Source: an uncultured Deinococcaceae bacterium
GTDB lineage: Bacteria > Deinococcota > Deinococci > Deinococcales > Deinococcaceae
DNA length: 14,254 nt
Assembly: GCA_964252075.1 (NCBI GenBank)
Contig: CAXULY010000077.1
Coordinates: 1-14,254, forward strand
Direction: 5' to 3'
A program made the translations under genes and the position numbers. This document shows, piece after piece, positions 1-8,231 of this stretch; the first letter of the stretch is position 1, and each line of letters begins with the position of its first letter. The notes below the pieces were generated by a model. It saw only the letters and a list, made by a program, of their open reading frames with translations. It did no database searches and was not told the DNA's origin.

Positions 1-190
1 AGTGGTTGAACATCGACGACTGACTCGTATTGGAGCAGGCCGTGAAACAAGCTCTCAGTCCGGCGTTCGTCCGTGGGGGCGGTCGGCCCGCCCAGGCACG
101 GCTTGCACACCTGATCTTGAATGCAGCCGGTTCGTGTCACGATGTGGTGGAGGCGCCGCGGGCCGCCCCTGCACCTCAAGGAGAAGCCGC

Positions 191-856
191 ATGAAGTTTC
201 TGCTCACGTCCGCCGGGATCCAGAACCCCAGTCATCTCTGCGCGCTGGTGGACCTGCTGGGAAAGCCGATCGCTGAAGCGACCGCGCTGTGCATCCCCAC
301 CGCGATCCTGCCGTTCCCTGGCGGGCCGGCGATGGCCTACCGGTTCCTCAGTGGCAACACCGCCAACCCCCTGACGGAACTGGGGTGGAAGTCGCTGGGC
401 GTGCTGGAACTTACCGCCCTTCCCAGCATTGAGCAGGCGTACTGGACTGCGGACGTGCAGGCGGTCGACGCCCTGCTGGTGTACGGCGGGGACGTTTGGT
501 ACCTCGCGCGGTGGATGCGGGAGTCCGGCCTGGCGGACCTCCTGCCGTCGCTGCGCGACACGGTCTACGTGGGGATCAGCGCTGGCAGCATGGTGACCGC
601 CCCGGTGTTCGGGGAGACGTACGACGACCCGCAGGCGCCGTTCATCATCGGTGAGGGGCTCGGACTGGTGGACTTTGCGGTGCTCCCGCACCTGGATCAC
701 GCGCGTCACCCAGAGAGCTCGGCGGCGAACGTGGAGCGGATGGCCGCTGAGGTGCCCGTGCCGACCTACGGCATTGACGATCAGACGGCCATCAAGGTGG
801 TGGGCGGCACCGTCGAAGTCATCTCCGAGGGACGCTGGAAACGCTTTTCGCACTGA
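191..856 (+). CDS. Peptidase family S51 (peptidase E / type 1 glutamine-amidotransferase-like fold), 221 aa
   Basis: ATG at 191 with AAGGAG at 178-183. N-terminal MKFLLTSAG, CIPTA, LLVYGGD, nucleophile elbow YVGISAGS, GLGLVDF, VLPHL (catalytic His) and YGIDDQTAI are typical S51 motifs. The ORF-track extension to position 2 looks spurious. Confidence 0.88.
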   Translation: MKFLLTSAGIQNPSHLCALVDLLGKPIAEATALCIPTAILPFPGGPAMAYRFLSGNTANPLTELGWKSLGVLELTALPSIEQAYWTADVQAVDALLVYGGDVWYLARWMRESGLADLLPSLRDTVYVGISAGSMVTAPVFGETYDDPQAPFIIGEGLGLVDFAVLPHLDHARHPESSAANVERMAAEVPVPTYGIDDQTAIKVVGGTVEVISEGRWKRFSH

Positions 857-1039
857 GCAGCGCTAAGGGGTGGTGCACGGTCCCAGCCGCGCTTAAGGTC
901 TCGGCATCACATGTCCAGCGGTGGGGTGGTCTGACCCAGTGGGGACGGCCAGCGCCTGCAGCGGATCACGCGCCACGACTTCGAGCCTCTCCCGCAACTG
1001 CATCACCCGGCACGCGTGACCCCTCAGACCGTGCAGTGT

Positions 1040-1077
1040 AAGTGGATGGCGCTGCGATCGTGCAGCGCCATCCACTT
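1040..1077. repeat. Perfect 16-bp inverted repeat (hairpin), 6-nt loop
   Basis: AAGTGGATGGCGCTGC (1040-1055) - GATCGT - GCAGCGCCATCCACTT (1062-1077). The arms are exact reverse complements. Confidence 0.9.
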
Positions 1078-1361
1078 GTCGCGACCTGAGGGCATAACCG
1101 AGGTGCTTCTTGCGGTCGCGTCTGAAGGGCCAAAGGTAGGCGTGCACCCCGCCGTGAATGTCGGGAGGTGCGCTGTCCAGCGGCATGGCGGCGAAGCGGT
1201 GCTCGCGCGCTGGTCAGGTAGGGGCGAGGAAGCCAGCTGACCCAGCTGCGCCTGAACGGATGCAGCATCCGGTCCGCCTGATCCGTGCTGATGGTGAACC
1301 TTTTTCATCACGCGGGGGCGTGCCGCTCATGGCGTCCTGCTTCTCTGAAGGGGGAGGCCGT

Positions 1362-1556
1362 ATGGACGACCCGCATCTGCCCGCCACTGACCCCTATGCC
1401 GCCTTCCTGCCCACCGAAGAGTCCCGCAGCCTGGCCCTGCTCGCCCTCACTGAGCAGGGGCGAGAAGACGAGATGACGGAAGACGACCGGACGTTCGCGC
1501 TGAACACCGGGCTGATTGAACCGCCCGACGAGGACGTGGACCGCTGCACCACCTGA
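1362..1556 (+). CDS. Small acidic hypothetical protein, 64 aa (MDDPHLPATDPYAAFLP...)
   Basis: GGAGG at 1353-1357 before ATG at 1362; GC3-rich codons; protein-like acidic composition. Confidence 0.6.
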   Translation: MDDPHLPATDPYAAFLPTEESRSLALLALTEQGREDEMTEDDRTFALNTGLIEPPDEDVDRCTT

Positions 1557-1956
1557 CCTGCGGGGTCACGGCCAGGCTTCGCTGCGGGCACGGACAGGTG
1601 GTGGCCATCAACGCCCTGCAGTTGCGCTGACATCACGATGCGCCAGGAGGCTTCAGCAGTAGGAACGCGCGAGCCCGCACCGAGGTCTGGTCATTCGCTG
1701 CAGGTTCCGGAGTGGCGGCACCTGAGGACCAATTAGCCACCAGGGGGTCAGGCTTGGGTGCCTCTACGGCTTGGTTCGGGACCGCTCCGCGCGTTTATGG
1801 GCCAAGGATACATTTCAGAGTCGGCGTCGCTTTGCTTGATCCACCTGTCCGTGACCGATGAAGCAACTCCCCCGTTTCGGCCACCTCGCAGGCCAAGGTG
1901 ACGTTCAGCGCGTGGATTGAAGGGCGCTGTTCCTGCTGACCTTTAATTTCGTTCGG

Positions 1957-1962
1957 TACCTT
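1957..1962 (+). promoter_or_regulatory. Putative -10 element (TACCTT), leaderless transcript of 1969 ORF
   Basis: TAnnnT exactly 6 nt upstream of ATG 1969, preceded by an AT-rich stretch (ctttaatttc); no clear RBS. Confidence 0.5.
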
Positions 1963-1968
1963 CGGAAG

Positions 1969-2199
1969 ATGAAGGCAATGGAACGAGACGTGCTGTGGGC
2001 GTTTCCCGAGCAGCCCATTGGGCGCATGGCGTTCGTGTCGAACTTACCGGTGCGCTGGAACCGCGGGGCGGTCGATCACGCCATCCGGCGGCTGGTGAAC
2101 GATGGGCTGCTGGTCCGCGTGTCGCGTGGCCAGTACGCGCTCACCGACGCGGGGCGTGAGGTGCGTGCGGTTGGGCAGCTGGTGCAGAAAGCTGGCTGA
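1969..2199 (+). CDS. Small winged-helix DNA-binding-like protein, 76 aa
   Basis: AVDHAIRRLVNDGLLVRVSRGQYALTDAGRE fits a wHTH recognition helix plus wing, similar to AbiEi-N / Mrr-N type wings. TACCTT -10 element lies 6 nt before the ATG. Confidence 0.7.
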   Translation: MKAMERDVLWAFPEQPIGRMAFVSNLPVRWNRGAVDHAIRRLVNDGLLVRVSRGQYALTDAGREVRAVGQLVQKAG

Positions 2200-2330
2200 G
2201 GGTAGACGCCCGGTGGAGTTGCGGTGCATGGACCTATGAAGCGACGAGCCACGAGCGGTGCTTCTGACGAAGGTCGCTCTCCCTGCGCTCATTTGACGTG
2301 CGTGCCCACGAAGCTGGGTCGGCCCTAGGC

Positions 2331-2501
2331 ATGACGGCACTGGAGTGGGTCGTGGTGCAGGGATTTCGCAAAGCGCTCACGCCTCCTCCCGCTTGGCGCC
2401 GCTCGTGGTTTTTCTGGGGGCAGCCCACCGCCAGCTGCCTTGGGTGGGCGCTCGCCTGTCTGGCGTCGCTTCTGGTCGGCTGGAGCATCGCGCATCCTTG
2501 A
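2331..2501 (+). CDS. Possible small membrane protein, 56 aa (MTALEWVVVQGFRK...)
   Basis: Hydrophobic C-terminal segment CLGWALACLASLLVGWSIA preceded by a Trp/Arg-rich stretch. Start codon and translation signals are uncertain. Confidence 0.35.
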   Translation: MTALEWVVVQGFRKALTPPPAWRRSWFFWGQPTASCLGWALACLASLLVGWSIAHP

Positions 2502-2552
2502 ATCGATTCCGAATGAAATCTGCTGGACGAACACCACCCCCAACGACATGAT

Positions 2553-2840
2553 GTGAGCGTGGTGAGACTCCGCCCTGACGTCATCGAAAAAGACTCCCCG
2601 CAGGACCCGCTGCTGTGCACTGTCGTCCAGGATGACGACCAGCTCCTTGCGCCGAACAGTCGGGTCTTCATCCGCCGCTTCGGTCCCACGCATGAGCGCC
2701 CCCTGTACCGCCTTCTGACCGGCACCTGCGACGGCTGCTGGCTCACGGAAGTCGGCGACCCCGACGCTGAAATCCGCCTCTTCGAACGCCTGCAGCACCG
2801 TCACACAGGCCCCACCAAGGCACACCGAGATGCTACATAA
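2553..2840 (+). CDS. Hypothetical protein (~93-95 aa) with a CDGC motif; start may be GTG 2559
   Basis: GC3-biased codons and globular-looking sequence. CATGAT (2547-2552) lies 6 nt before GTG 2559. A small hairpin CCGCCA/TGGCGG (2851-2869) follows the stop. Confidence 0.55.
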   Translation: MSVVRLRPDVIEKDSPQDPLLCTVVQDDDQLLAPNSRVFIRRFGPTHERPLYRLLTGTCDGCWLTEVGDPDAEIRLFERLQHRHTGPTKAHRDAT

Positions 2841-3191
2841 GGGTGTGATCCCGCCAATGGAGATGGCGGAGTGCGTGCTCACGATTGACTGATCTCCCGG
2901 AACGGCTCGCGTTCGCTGCGGGGAGTTCGACAACCACCAGGAGGAGCGCATCGCATCTGCAGGGGGTCTTCTTGGCGGTGCTTTCGGTCCCAGCCGGGGC
3001 GACTGCCGATCAGCGCTCCACCTGCACAGATGGAGGTATGCAGCCACGGCCCACAGTGCGTTGGCCGGCGCAGGGCGTTCCTCAGGACGAACGGCACGCC
3101 TGGGTTCAGGGCGGTCGGCACGCGCTGCCATGCCGGCAATTCAGGAAATCATCCCTAACGGGCATTGACGGGCCGAGCCGTACAGTGAGGC

Positions 3192-3455
3192 ATGCGCGCC
3201 GTCCTGTCTGCCGTCCAGATCCGCAAGCGTGAGTGCCTTGAGGCGCACGGGTACCGGGTGCGGTTGATGCGCGCGCAGGACAGGGGAGAGGGCGCACCGT
3301 ACGTGGTGGATGTTCAATGGCCAGGGGAGGGACAGCAGGTGCTGCGCGTGACGGCGCCTTCGGCCGGCGAGGTGATCGACCGCGCCTACGCGATGATCGC
3401 CTCGAACATCAGATGGACGGAGCGCGAGCGACTCGTCTACAGCGCCCTGAACTGA
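3192..3455 (+). CDS. Intact 87-aa ORF, probably the N-terminal portion of the decayed kinase
   Basis: Open frame with GC3 bias and TACAGT (3181-3186) 5 nt before the ATG. Its stop codon falls inside the H-box-like motif. Confidence 0.55.
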   Translation: MRAVLSAVQIRKRECLEAHGYRVRLMRAQDRGEGAPYVVDVQWPGEGQQVLRVTAPSAGEVIDRAYAMIASNIRWTERERLVYSALN

Positions 3456-4018
3456 TTGTCGAATCCATGCCGGGCGCGGCGACGGGGGCAAAGTCGGCGA
3501 GCCTGCTGACTCGGTGACGGACATCGGCCCTTGCGTCGCGGGGCACCTGCGCGCGGCGACCAACCTGCCAGGGATGGTCAACGGTGCAATATCCACGAAT
3601 TCAAATTGCTCCTGTCCCAGGACCCACGTTAACGTGCCGCCGACTGGGCCCTGCTGCCCATCACCGTGCAAAGCCTTGGACTGGAGTTGCAGAAGACGAA
3701 CGACCGCCAGATGATATGGGGGGACCAGGGGACCTTGCAGCAGCTGGTGGGAGCCCTGTTAATGGACGCCCTGCAGTACACCTATCCCATAGATCGCCCG
3801 ATGGGTGAAGGAGCGCAAACGGGAGTGGATGGTATCCATGCATGACAACGGCGTGAGGTAAAGCGTGCCACCAGAGCACACTCTTCCGGATGTTCCGGTG
3901 CCTGCACCGCCACGAGGATTCCGAGGGAACATGGGTGAGCCGCGCGTTCGCGCGGCACATCAGCAACCGGAAAGAGGCTCGGCGCGACTTTCGCCTCCTC
4001 GATCTTGAATTCCCGTAG
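3192..4018 (+). pseudogene. Decayed sensor histidine kinase (small N-terminal domain + degenerate HisKA + HATPase_c), with multiple stops and frameshifts
   Basis: Read manually. H-box-like ERERLVYSALN*LSNP at 3420-3467 (cf. ELEAFAYSASHDLRTP). N-box MIWGDQGTLQQLVGALLMDALQYT at 3711-3782. G1-box IARWVKERKREWMVSMHDNGV at 3793-3855, in another frame. F/G2-box HQSTLFRMFRCLHRHEDSEGTWVSRAFARHISNR at 3869-3970, in a third frame (cf. YQDKLFGVFQRLH..EDFEGTGVGLANVRRIV.R). Ends at TAG 4016-4018. Confidence 0.78.
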
Positions 4019-4425
4019 AGTCCCCCGTCCTGCAGCCACCCCCTGGTCAGGGCGTGCCCGCTCCTGACGCAACGAACGACCCTTTGGAGGAACTTACGCA
4101 CGGATGTCAGGCGATGCAGTCAGCCCTTTTGACCACGCACTGCTTTGGGCCTGCTTACTCGTCCAGTGTGCGCCGACCACTGGGGGGCTCGATGATAGTT
4201 GCCCTTTAAGGCGACAGGGTTAACCCCTCCTCCCGCACCGCCTGCTCAAGCTCTGCCACCTGCAATGCCGCCGCCGGCAACCTGCTGATCCTGCGCCCCC
4301 CTTTGCTTCAGCCGTCCGGCAGCCCACCCACTGCGGAGCAGAGCGCAGGACGCCGCCGCGTTTAGCGCAGAAATCCCCTGGACCCGCCAGCACGGAAGTG
4401 ATCTGCAGGGCGGCGTGGCGAGTTT

Positions 4426-7400
4426 TCAATGGGAGGGCGGCCCATGGCGGAGGATCAGGTCGGCAGGCGCAAGTGGGCGCGCGAAAAAGTACCCCTGCCC
4501 GAACGGGCACCCCAGATCAAGCAGCACCTGGCGTTGCTCCGGCGTCTCGATGCCTTCCGCCACCACGTCCAACTGCAGGGCCCGCGCGAGGGACAGGATG
4601 CCGCGCACCAGCGTCACCTGGCGCTCGTCTTCGTCCATCCCCCCGACGAATGATCGGTCCAGCTTGAGCTGGTCGAAGGGCAGGGCGTGCAGCAGTGCGA
4701 GGCTGGAGTGCCCCGTCCCGAAGTCATCCAGCGCCGTGCGGACCCCCAGCTGGCGCAGGTCCTTCAGCACCCGCCGGGCGCCCTCCACATCGTCCATCAC
4801 GGCGCTCTCCGTGACTTCCAGCTCCAGCAGGTGACCGGGGAGGCCCGTCCGCACCAGGGCCGCTTCGACCAGCCCGGCGAAGCCGAAGCGCAGGAACTGC
4901 ACCGGGCTGACGTTCACCGCCAGGCGCACCGCCCGCCCCTCGCGCAGCCACGCGGCGCCCTGGCGCGCCGCGGCTTCCAGCACCCACGCGCCCAGCGGCA
5001 GGATCAGGCCGCTCTCCTCCGCAAGCCCAATGAATTCGGCGGGGCTGACCACGCCCAGGTCCGGGTCCGTCCAGCGGGCGAGCACTTCCGCGCCCACCGG
5101 CGCGCCGTCCTGCAGGCGGACGATCGGCTGGTACGCGAGGTGCAGCGCTCCGTCCGCGAGGGCGCGCCGCAGCCGTGTGGTGAGGTCGTGGCGTCGGTCC
5201 CGCGCCCGCGCCAGGTCCGCGCCAAACACCCCGACGGCATTGCGGCCGGTGCTTTTGATCTGGTAGAGCGCGAGGTCCGCGTGGCGCAGGAGGTCCGCGG
5301 CCGTGCTCGCGTCCTGCGGGGCGCAGGTGAGGCCGACGCTCGCGGTGAGGTGCAGTTCGCTGCCGAGCGACTGGATGGGCTGCCGCACCTGCGCGAGCAG
5401 CGCCTCGGCCACGCCGCGCGCGCCCTCTGGGGTGGCGGCGTGCAGGAGCACCCCGAATTCATCCCCGCCGAGGCGCGCCACCAGCCCTTCGGACCCCACC
5501 ACCTGCCGGAAGCGGTCCGCGAGGACCATCAGCACCCCGTCGCCGGCGTGGTGGCCGAGGGCATCGTTGATGTCCTTGAAGAGGTCCAGGTCCATCAGCA
5601 TCACCGCGACCACCTCGCCCGGTGCACGGCTGGTGTTCAGGGTGAGGTTCAGCACGGCGCGGAAGGCGCGGCGGTTCGCGAGGCCCGTGAGGTCATCTTC
5701 GTTCGCGAGGCGCTCCAGCTGCTGTTGCAGCGCGCGGCGCACCGTCATGTCCTGAATCGTCACGACCGCGCGCGCGAAGCGCCCGTCGCCGTCCGGGATC
5801 GGCACGGCGTTCAGGGACCACCACGCGAGCGTCCCGTCGGGGCGGAGGTGGCCGATCTCCGCGCCGCGCACCCGTTCGCCCTGCTGGAAGGTGCGCCGCA
5901 TGGCGATCGAGGGGGCGGGCAGCACGCGGCCCGTGTGGTCCAGAAACACCCACTGGTCGCTGTTCAGGTCGAACTCGCGCACCCCGTCGGGCAGGTTCAG
6001 GAGGCGCGCCGCGCTGTCGTTCATGACGTGCACGCGACCGTCGGCGTGCACGTCCACCACGCCCTCCTCCAGCGCTTCGATGGTGCGGCGGGAGTGCGCG
6101 TCCCGCCGGGCGAGTTCCCGCACCAGCCGCGCGCGCTGCACGGCCGCGCCGAAATCCCCTGCGAGGCGGCGCAGCAACGTGAGGTCCGCTGCGCTCGGCG
6201 GCGCGTCCGCCCGGAACGCCACCAGCAGCACCGCCGGAACGACCTGACCGCAGGGCAATCGGAAGCCGTACACGCGCTCGGCCGGCCAGCCCAGCACCTG
6301 ATCCCACCCCTGGATGTCCGGTGTGTGGCGGTCAAGCAGCACCACGCCTTCCGCAGGGCGCGCGTCCAGCGCCTGCTGGACGCGCTGGAGGGCTGGACCT
6401 GCCGCCGGTGCGGCCGTGCCGACGCCCTCCTGCGCGATCCATTCGTACTCCTCCAGCGCCTCGTCCCACAGGGCGATAACGGCCGCGTCCGCGCCGGTGA
6501 GGCGCTGCACTTCCGCCGTCACCTGATGCAGGAGCGCCGGCGCGTCGGTCGCCTGCGAGAGCCGCTCGATCACGCCGCGCCGCTCCCGCTCCTGGCGCTC
6601 GCCCGCGCGCTGCTCCGTCACGTCCTGAATCACGCCAATCCAGCCGCTCAGGGCGCCCTCGGCCCCCCGGACCGGCACGGCGTTCGCCACGACCTCCCGG
6701 TGGAGGCCGTCGTGCCGCCGCACCCGGCCGCTCAGCACGAAGGGACGCTGACCCTGGACGCCCACCTCCGCCTGCCGCCTCACCGCCGCCCGATCGTGTG
6801 GGTGCACGGCGTTCAGCCAGCCGGCGCCGCGCGTCTCCTCGAAGTCCTGCCCGGTGAGGGCCGCCCATCCGGATTGCGGCTCCGTCACCGCCATGCGCGC
6901 GTCTGCGGTCCACACGGCGGTGCTGGTCGCCTCCGCCAGCACGCGGTACCGCATCTCGTCGTGCGTGGCGCGCTCGTGCAGCTGGGCGCGGTGCAGCGCC
7001 TGCGCGCAGTGCGTCGCGAGGGTCGAGTAAAACACCCGCAGGTCGTCGTCCACGTGCAGCGGGTGCTCGTACAGGAACGCCAGCACCCCGAAGGTCCGGC
7101 CGTCCGCCTCCAGCGGCAGGCTGACCTTGAAGCAGTCCGGGTGGTGTTCCGGAAGGGCGGGAAAGCGGGCGCGGGCCTCCTGCGCCGAGACGAAGAGCGC
7201 CTCTCCGGTGCACAGGGCGTGCGTCAGCGGCACGTCCATCGTCAGCGGGAAGGTGCGCCACGCCGCGATCTGGGCTTCGTCGTACCCGAGGTGATGCGCG
7301 ACGTGCAGGTGCGCGCCGTCGGGCGTCACCAGCCCGATGAGCCCCCCGTACGCGCCGTGCAGGGGCCGTGCGAGGTCCAGCACGGCGCGCGCCACCTCGC

Positions 7401-7800
7401 CGGGCGTCGCCGCGGCGCTGAGCAGCGCGTTGAGTTCCAGCAAGCGTTCGCGGTGCACCTCGGCCCGCCGGCGCGCGCCGACGTCGTGGAAGAGGACCGC
7501 CAGGCCGTGGGGTGCGGGCATGAGGTGCAGGTGCATCCACAGGCCCAGCGGCGTGTACTGCGCCTCGAACTCGATCTCGACGCGTTCCCGCATGGCCCGC
7601 TGGAAGTGCGGCCCGAAACCATCCAGGGCGTCCGGGTAGGCCTCCCACAGGGTCCGGCCGATCAATTCAGCTGCGGTGCGGCCGAGGGCTTTTAGCGCGA
7701 CGCCGTTGAGGTACAGGTACCGCCACTCGCCGTCCAGGGCGATGTAACCGTCGCTGATGCGCTCGAGGAATGAAACAGGAGGTGGACCGGCACTGGACAT
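4426..7800 (-). CDS. Cytoplasmic c-di-GMP diguanylate cyclase/phosphodiesterase, PAS-GAF-PAS-GAF-PAS-GGDEF-EAL, 1124 aa
   Basis: PAS motifs (ISDGYIALDGEWRYLYLN; WLNAVHPHDR...WIGVIQDVTE; VVTIQDMT) and two GAF-like segments. GGDEF domain: DDLTGLANRR, MDLDLFKDIND, RLGGDEF. EAL domain: YQPIV, EVLARW, AVNVS, ELEVTE, DDFGTG, LKLD, VAEGIE, GQGY. GGAGG lies 7 nt upstream of the ATG. Confidence 0.95.
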   Translation of the reverse strand: MSSAGPPPVSFLERISDGYIALDGEWRYLYLNGVALKALGRTAAELIGRTLWEAYPDALDGFGPHFQRAMRERVEIEFEAQYTPLGLWMHLHLMPAPHGLAVLFHDVGARRRAEVHRERLLELNALLSAAATPGEVARAVLDLARPLHGAYGGLIGLVTPDGAHLHVAHHLGYDEAQIAAWRTFPLTMDVPLTHALCTGEALFVSAQEARARFPALPEHHPDCFKVSLPLEADGRTFGVLAFLYEHPLHVDDDLRVFYSTLATHCAQALHRAQLHERATHDEMRYRVLAEATSTAVWTADARMAVTEPQSGWAALTGQDFEETRGAGWLNAVHPHDRAAVRRQAEVGVQGQRPFVLSGRVRRHDGLHREVVANAVPVRGAEGALSGWIGVIQDVTEQRAGERQERERRGVIERLSQATDAPALLHQVTAEVQRLTGADAAVIALWDEALEEYEWIAQEGVGTAAPAAGPALQRVQQALDARPAEGVVLLDRHTPDIQGWDQVLGWPAERVYGFRLPCGQVVPAVLLVAFRADAPPSAADLTLLRRLAGDFGAAVQRARLVRELARRDAHSRRTIEALEEGVVDVHADGRVHVMNDSAARLLNLPDGVREFDLNSDQWVFLDHTGRVLPAPSIAMRRTFQQGERVRGAEIGHLRPDGTLAWWSLNAVPIPDGDGRFARAVVTIQDMTVRRALQQQLERLANEDDLTGLANRRAFRAVLNLTLNTSRAPGEVVAVMLMDLDLFKDINDALGHHAGDGVLMVLADRFRQVVGSEGLVARLGGDEFGVLLHAATPEGARGVAEALLAQVRQPIQSLGSELHLTASVGLTCAPQDASTAADLLRHADLALYQIKSTGRNAVGVFGADLARARDRRHDLTTRLRRALADGALHLAYQPIVRLQDGAPVGAEVLARWTDPDLGVVSPAEFIGLAEESGLILPLGAWVLEAAARQGAAWLREGRAVRLAVNVSPVQFLRFGFAGLVEAALVRTGLPGHLLELEVTESAVMDDVEGARRVLKDLRQLGVRTALDDFGTGHSSLALLHALPFDQLKLDRSFVGGMDEDERQVTLVRGILSLARALQLDVVAEGIETPEQRQVLLDLGCPFGQGYFFARPLAPADLILRHGPPSH

Positions 7801-7843
7801 TCAGGAACCTCCACCAGAAGGGCAACGCCATTGAGTGACCTGG

Positions 7844-7852
7844 ATGCTAGCA
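7844..7852 (-). promoter_or_regulatory. Putative extended -10 promoter (TGcTAGCAT) for the GGDEF-EAL gene
   Basis: The minus strand reads TG-C-TAGCAT about 44 nt upstream of ATG 7800. Adjacent palindrome GCCCGT-G-ACGGGC at 7855-7867. Confidence 0.45.
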
Positions 7853-8231
7853 CCGCCCGTGACGGGCAAGGATGAGCAGGCGCTCTGGGCCACCCGACGC
7901 TTCGCGCGGATGAGGCCCGTGCCAGGGGATCAGCGCGGCTTGACAACAAGCGGCGCAGGACGGTGCTCAGATGATGCCCCATCCGTGGGCCGAGCGAGGG
8001 GCGGTCTGGCCGCCCGTGGCCCCAAGCCCGCTTTGAGGCCCTGCGAGCCCGGCGGTGAGTTGGCCCACCACTCCTCGCGTCCGACACGCCAACGTGTTCT
8101 AGGGCGTCCATCGGGGCGCTGGTGCGCATCTCGGCGAAACCCCTGAGCGGGCGCGCCACGCTGGGCCAGGCGACCGGTCAACGCCCCCTCTCCGGCGCTC
8201 CCTGCGGACCGGGCGCCGTCAGCGCGGTGCG

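Noticed and set aside
2..190. N-terminal extension of the peptidase ORF
   Set aside because: Low-complexity Arg/Gly/Ser-rich sequence; the RBS and family motif start at ATG 191.
1592..1630. Fragment GQVVAINALQLR* resembling the C-terminus of heavy-metal P-type ATPases
   Set aside because: Only 12 residues, with no further similarity upstream.
1840..1920. Minus-strand fragment IHALNVTLACEVAETGELLH resembling an MNT or EAL C-terminal segment
   Set aside because: Too short and ambiguous between families.
1951..1967. RDRM (DdrO box)-like GTTCGGTACCTTCGGAA
   Set aside because: Only the right half fits the consensus, with several mismatches.
4687..7695. 1002-aa + strand ORF
   Set aside because: Antisense shadow of the GGDEF-EAL gene caused by high-GC codon bias; no recognisable motifs.
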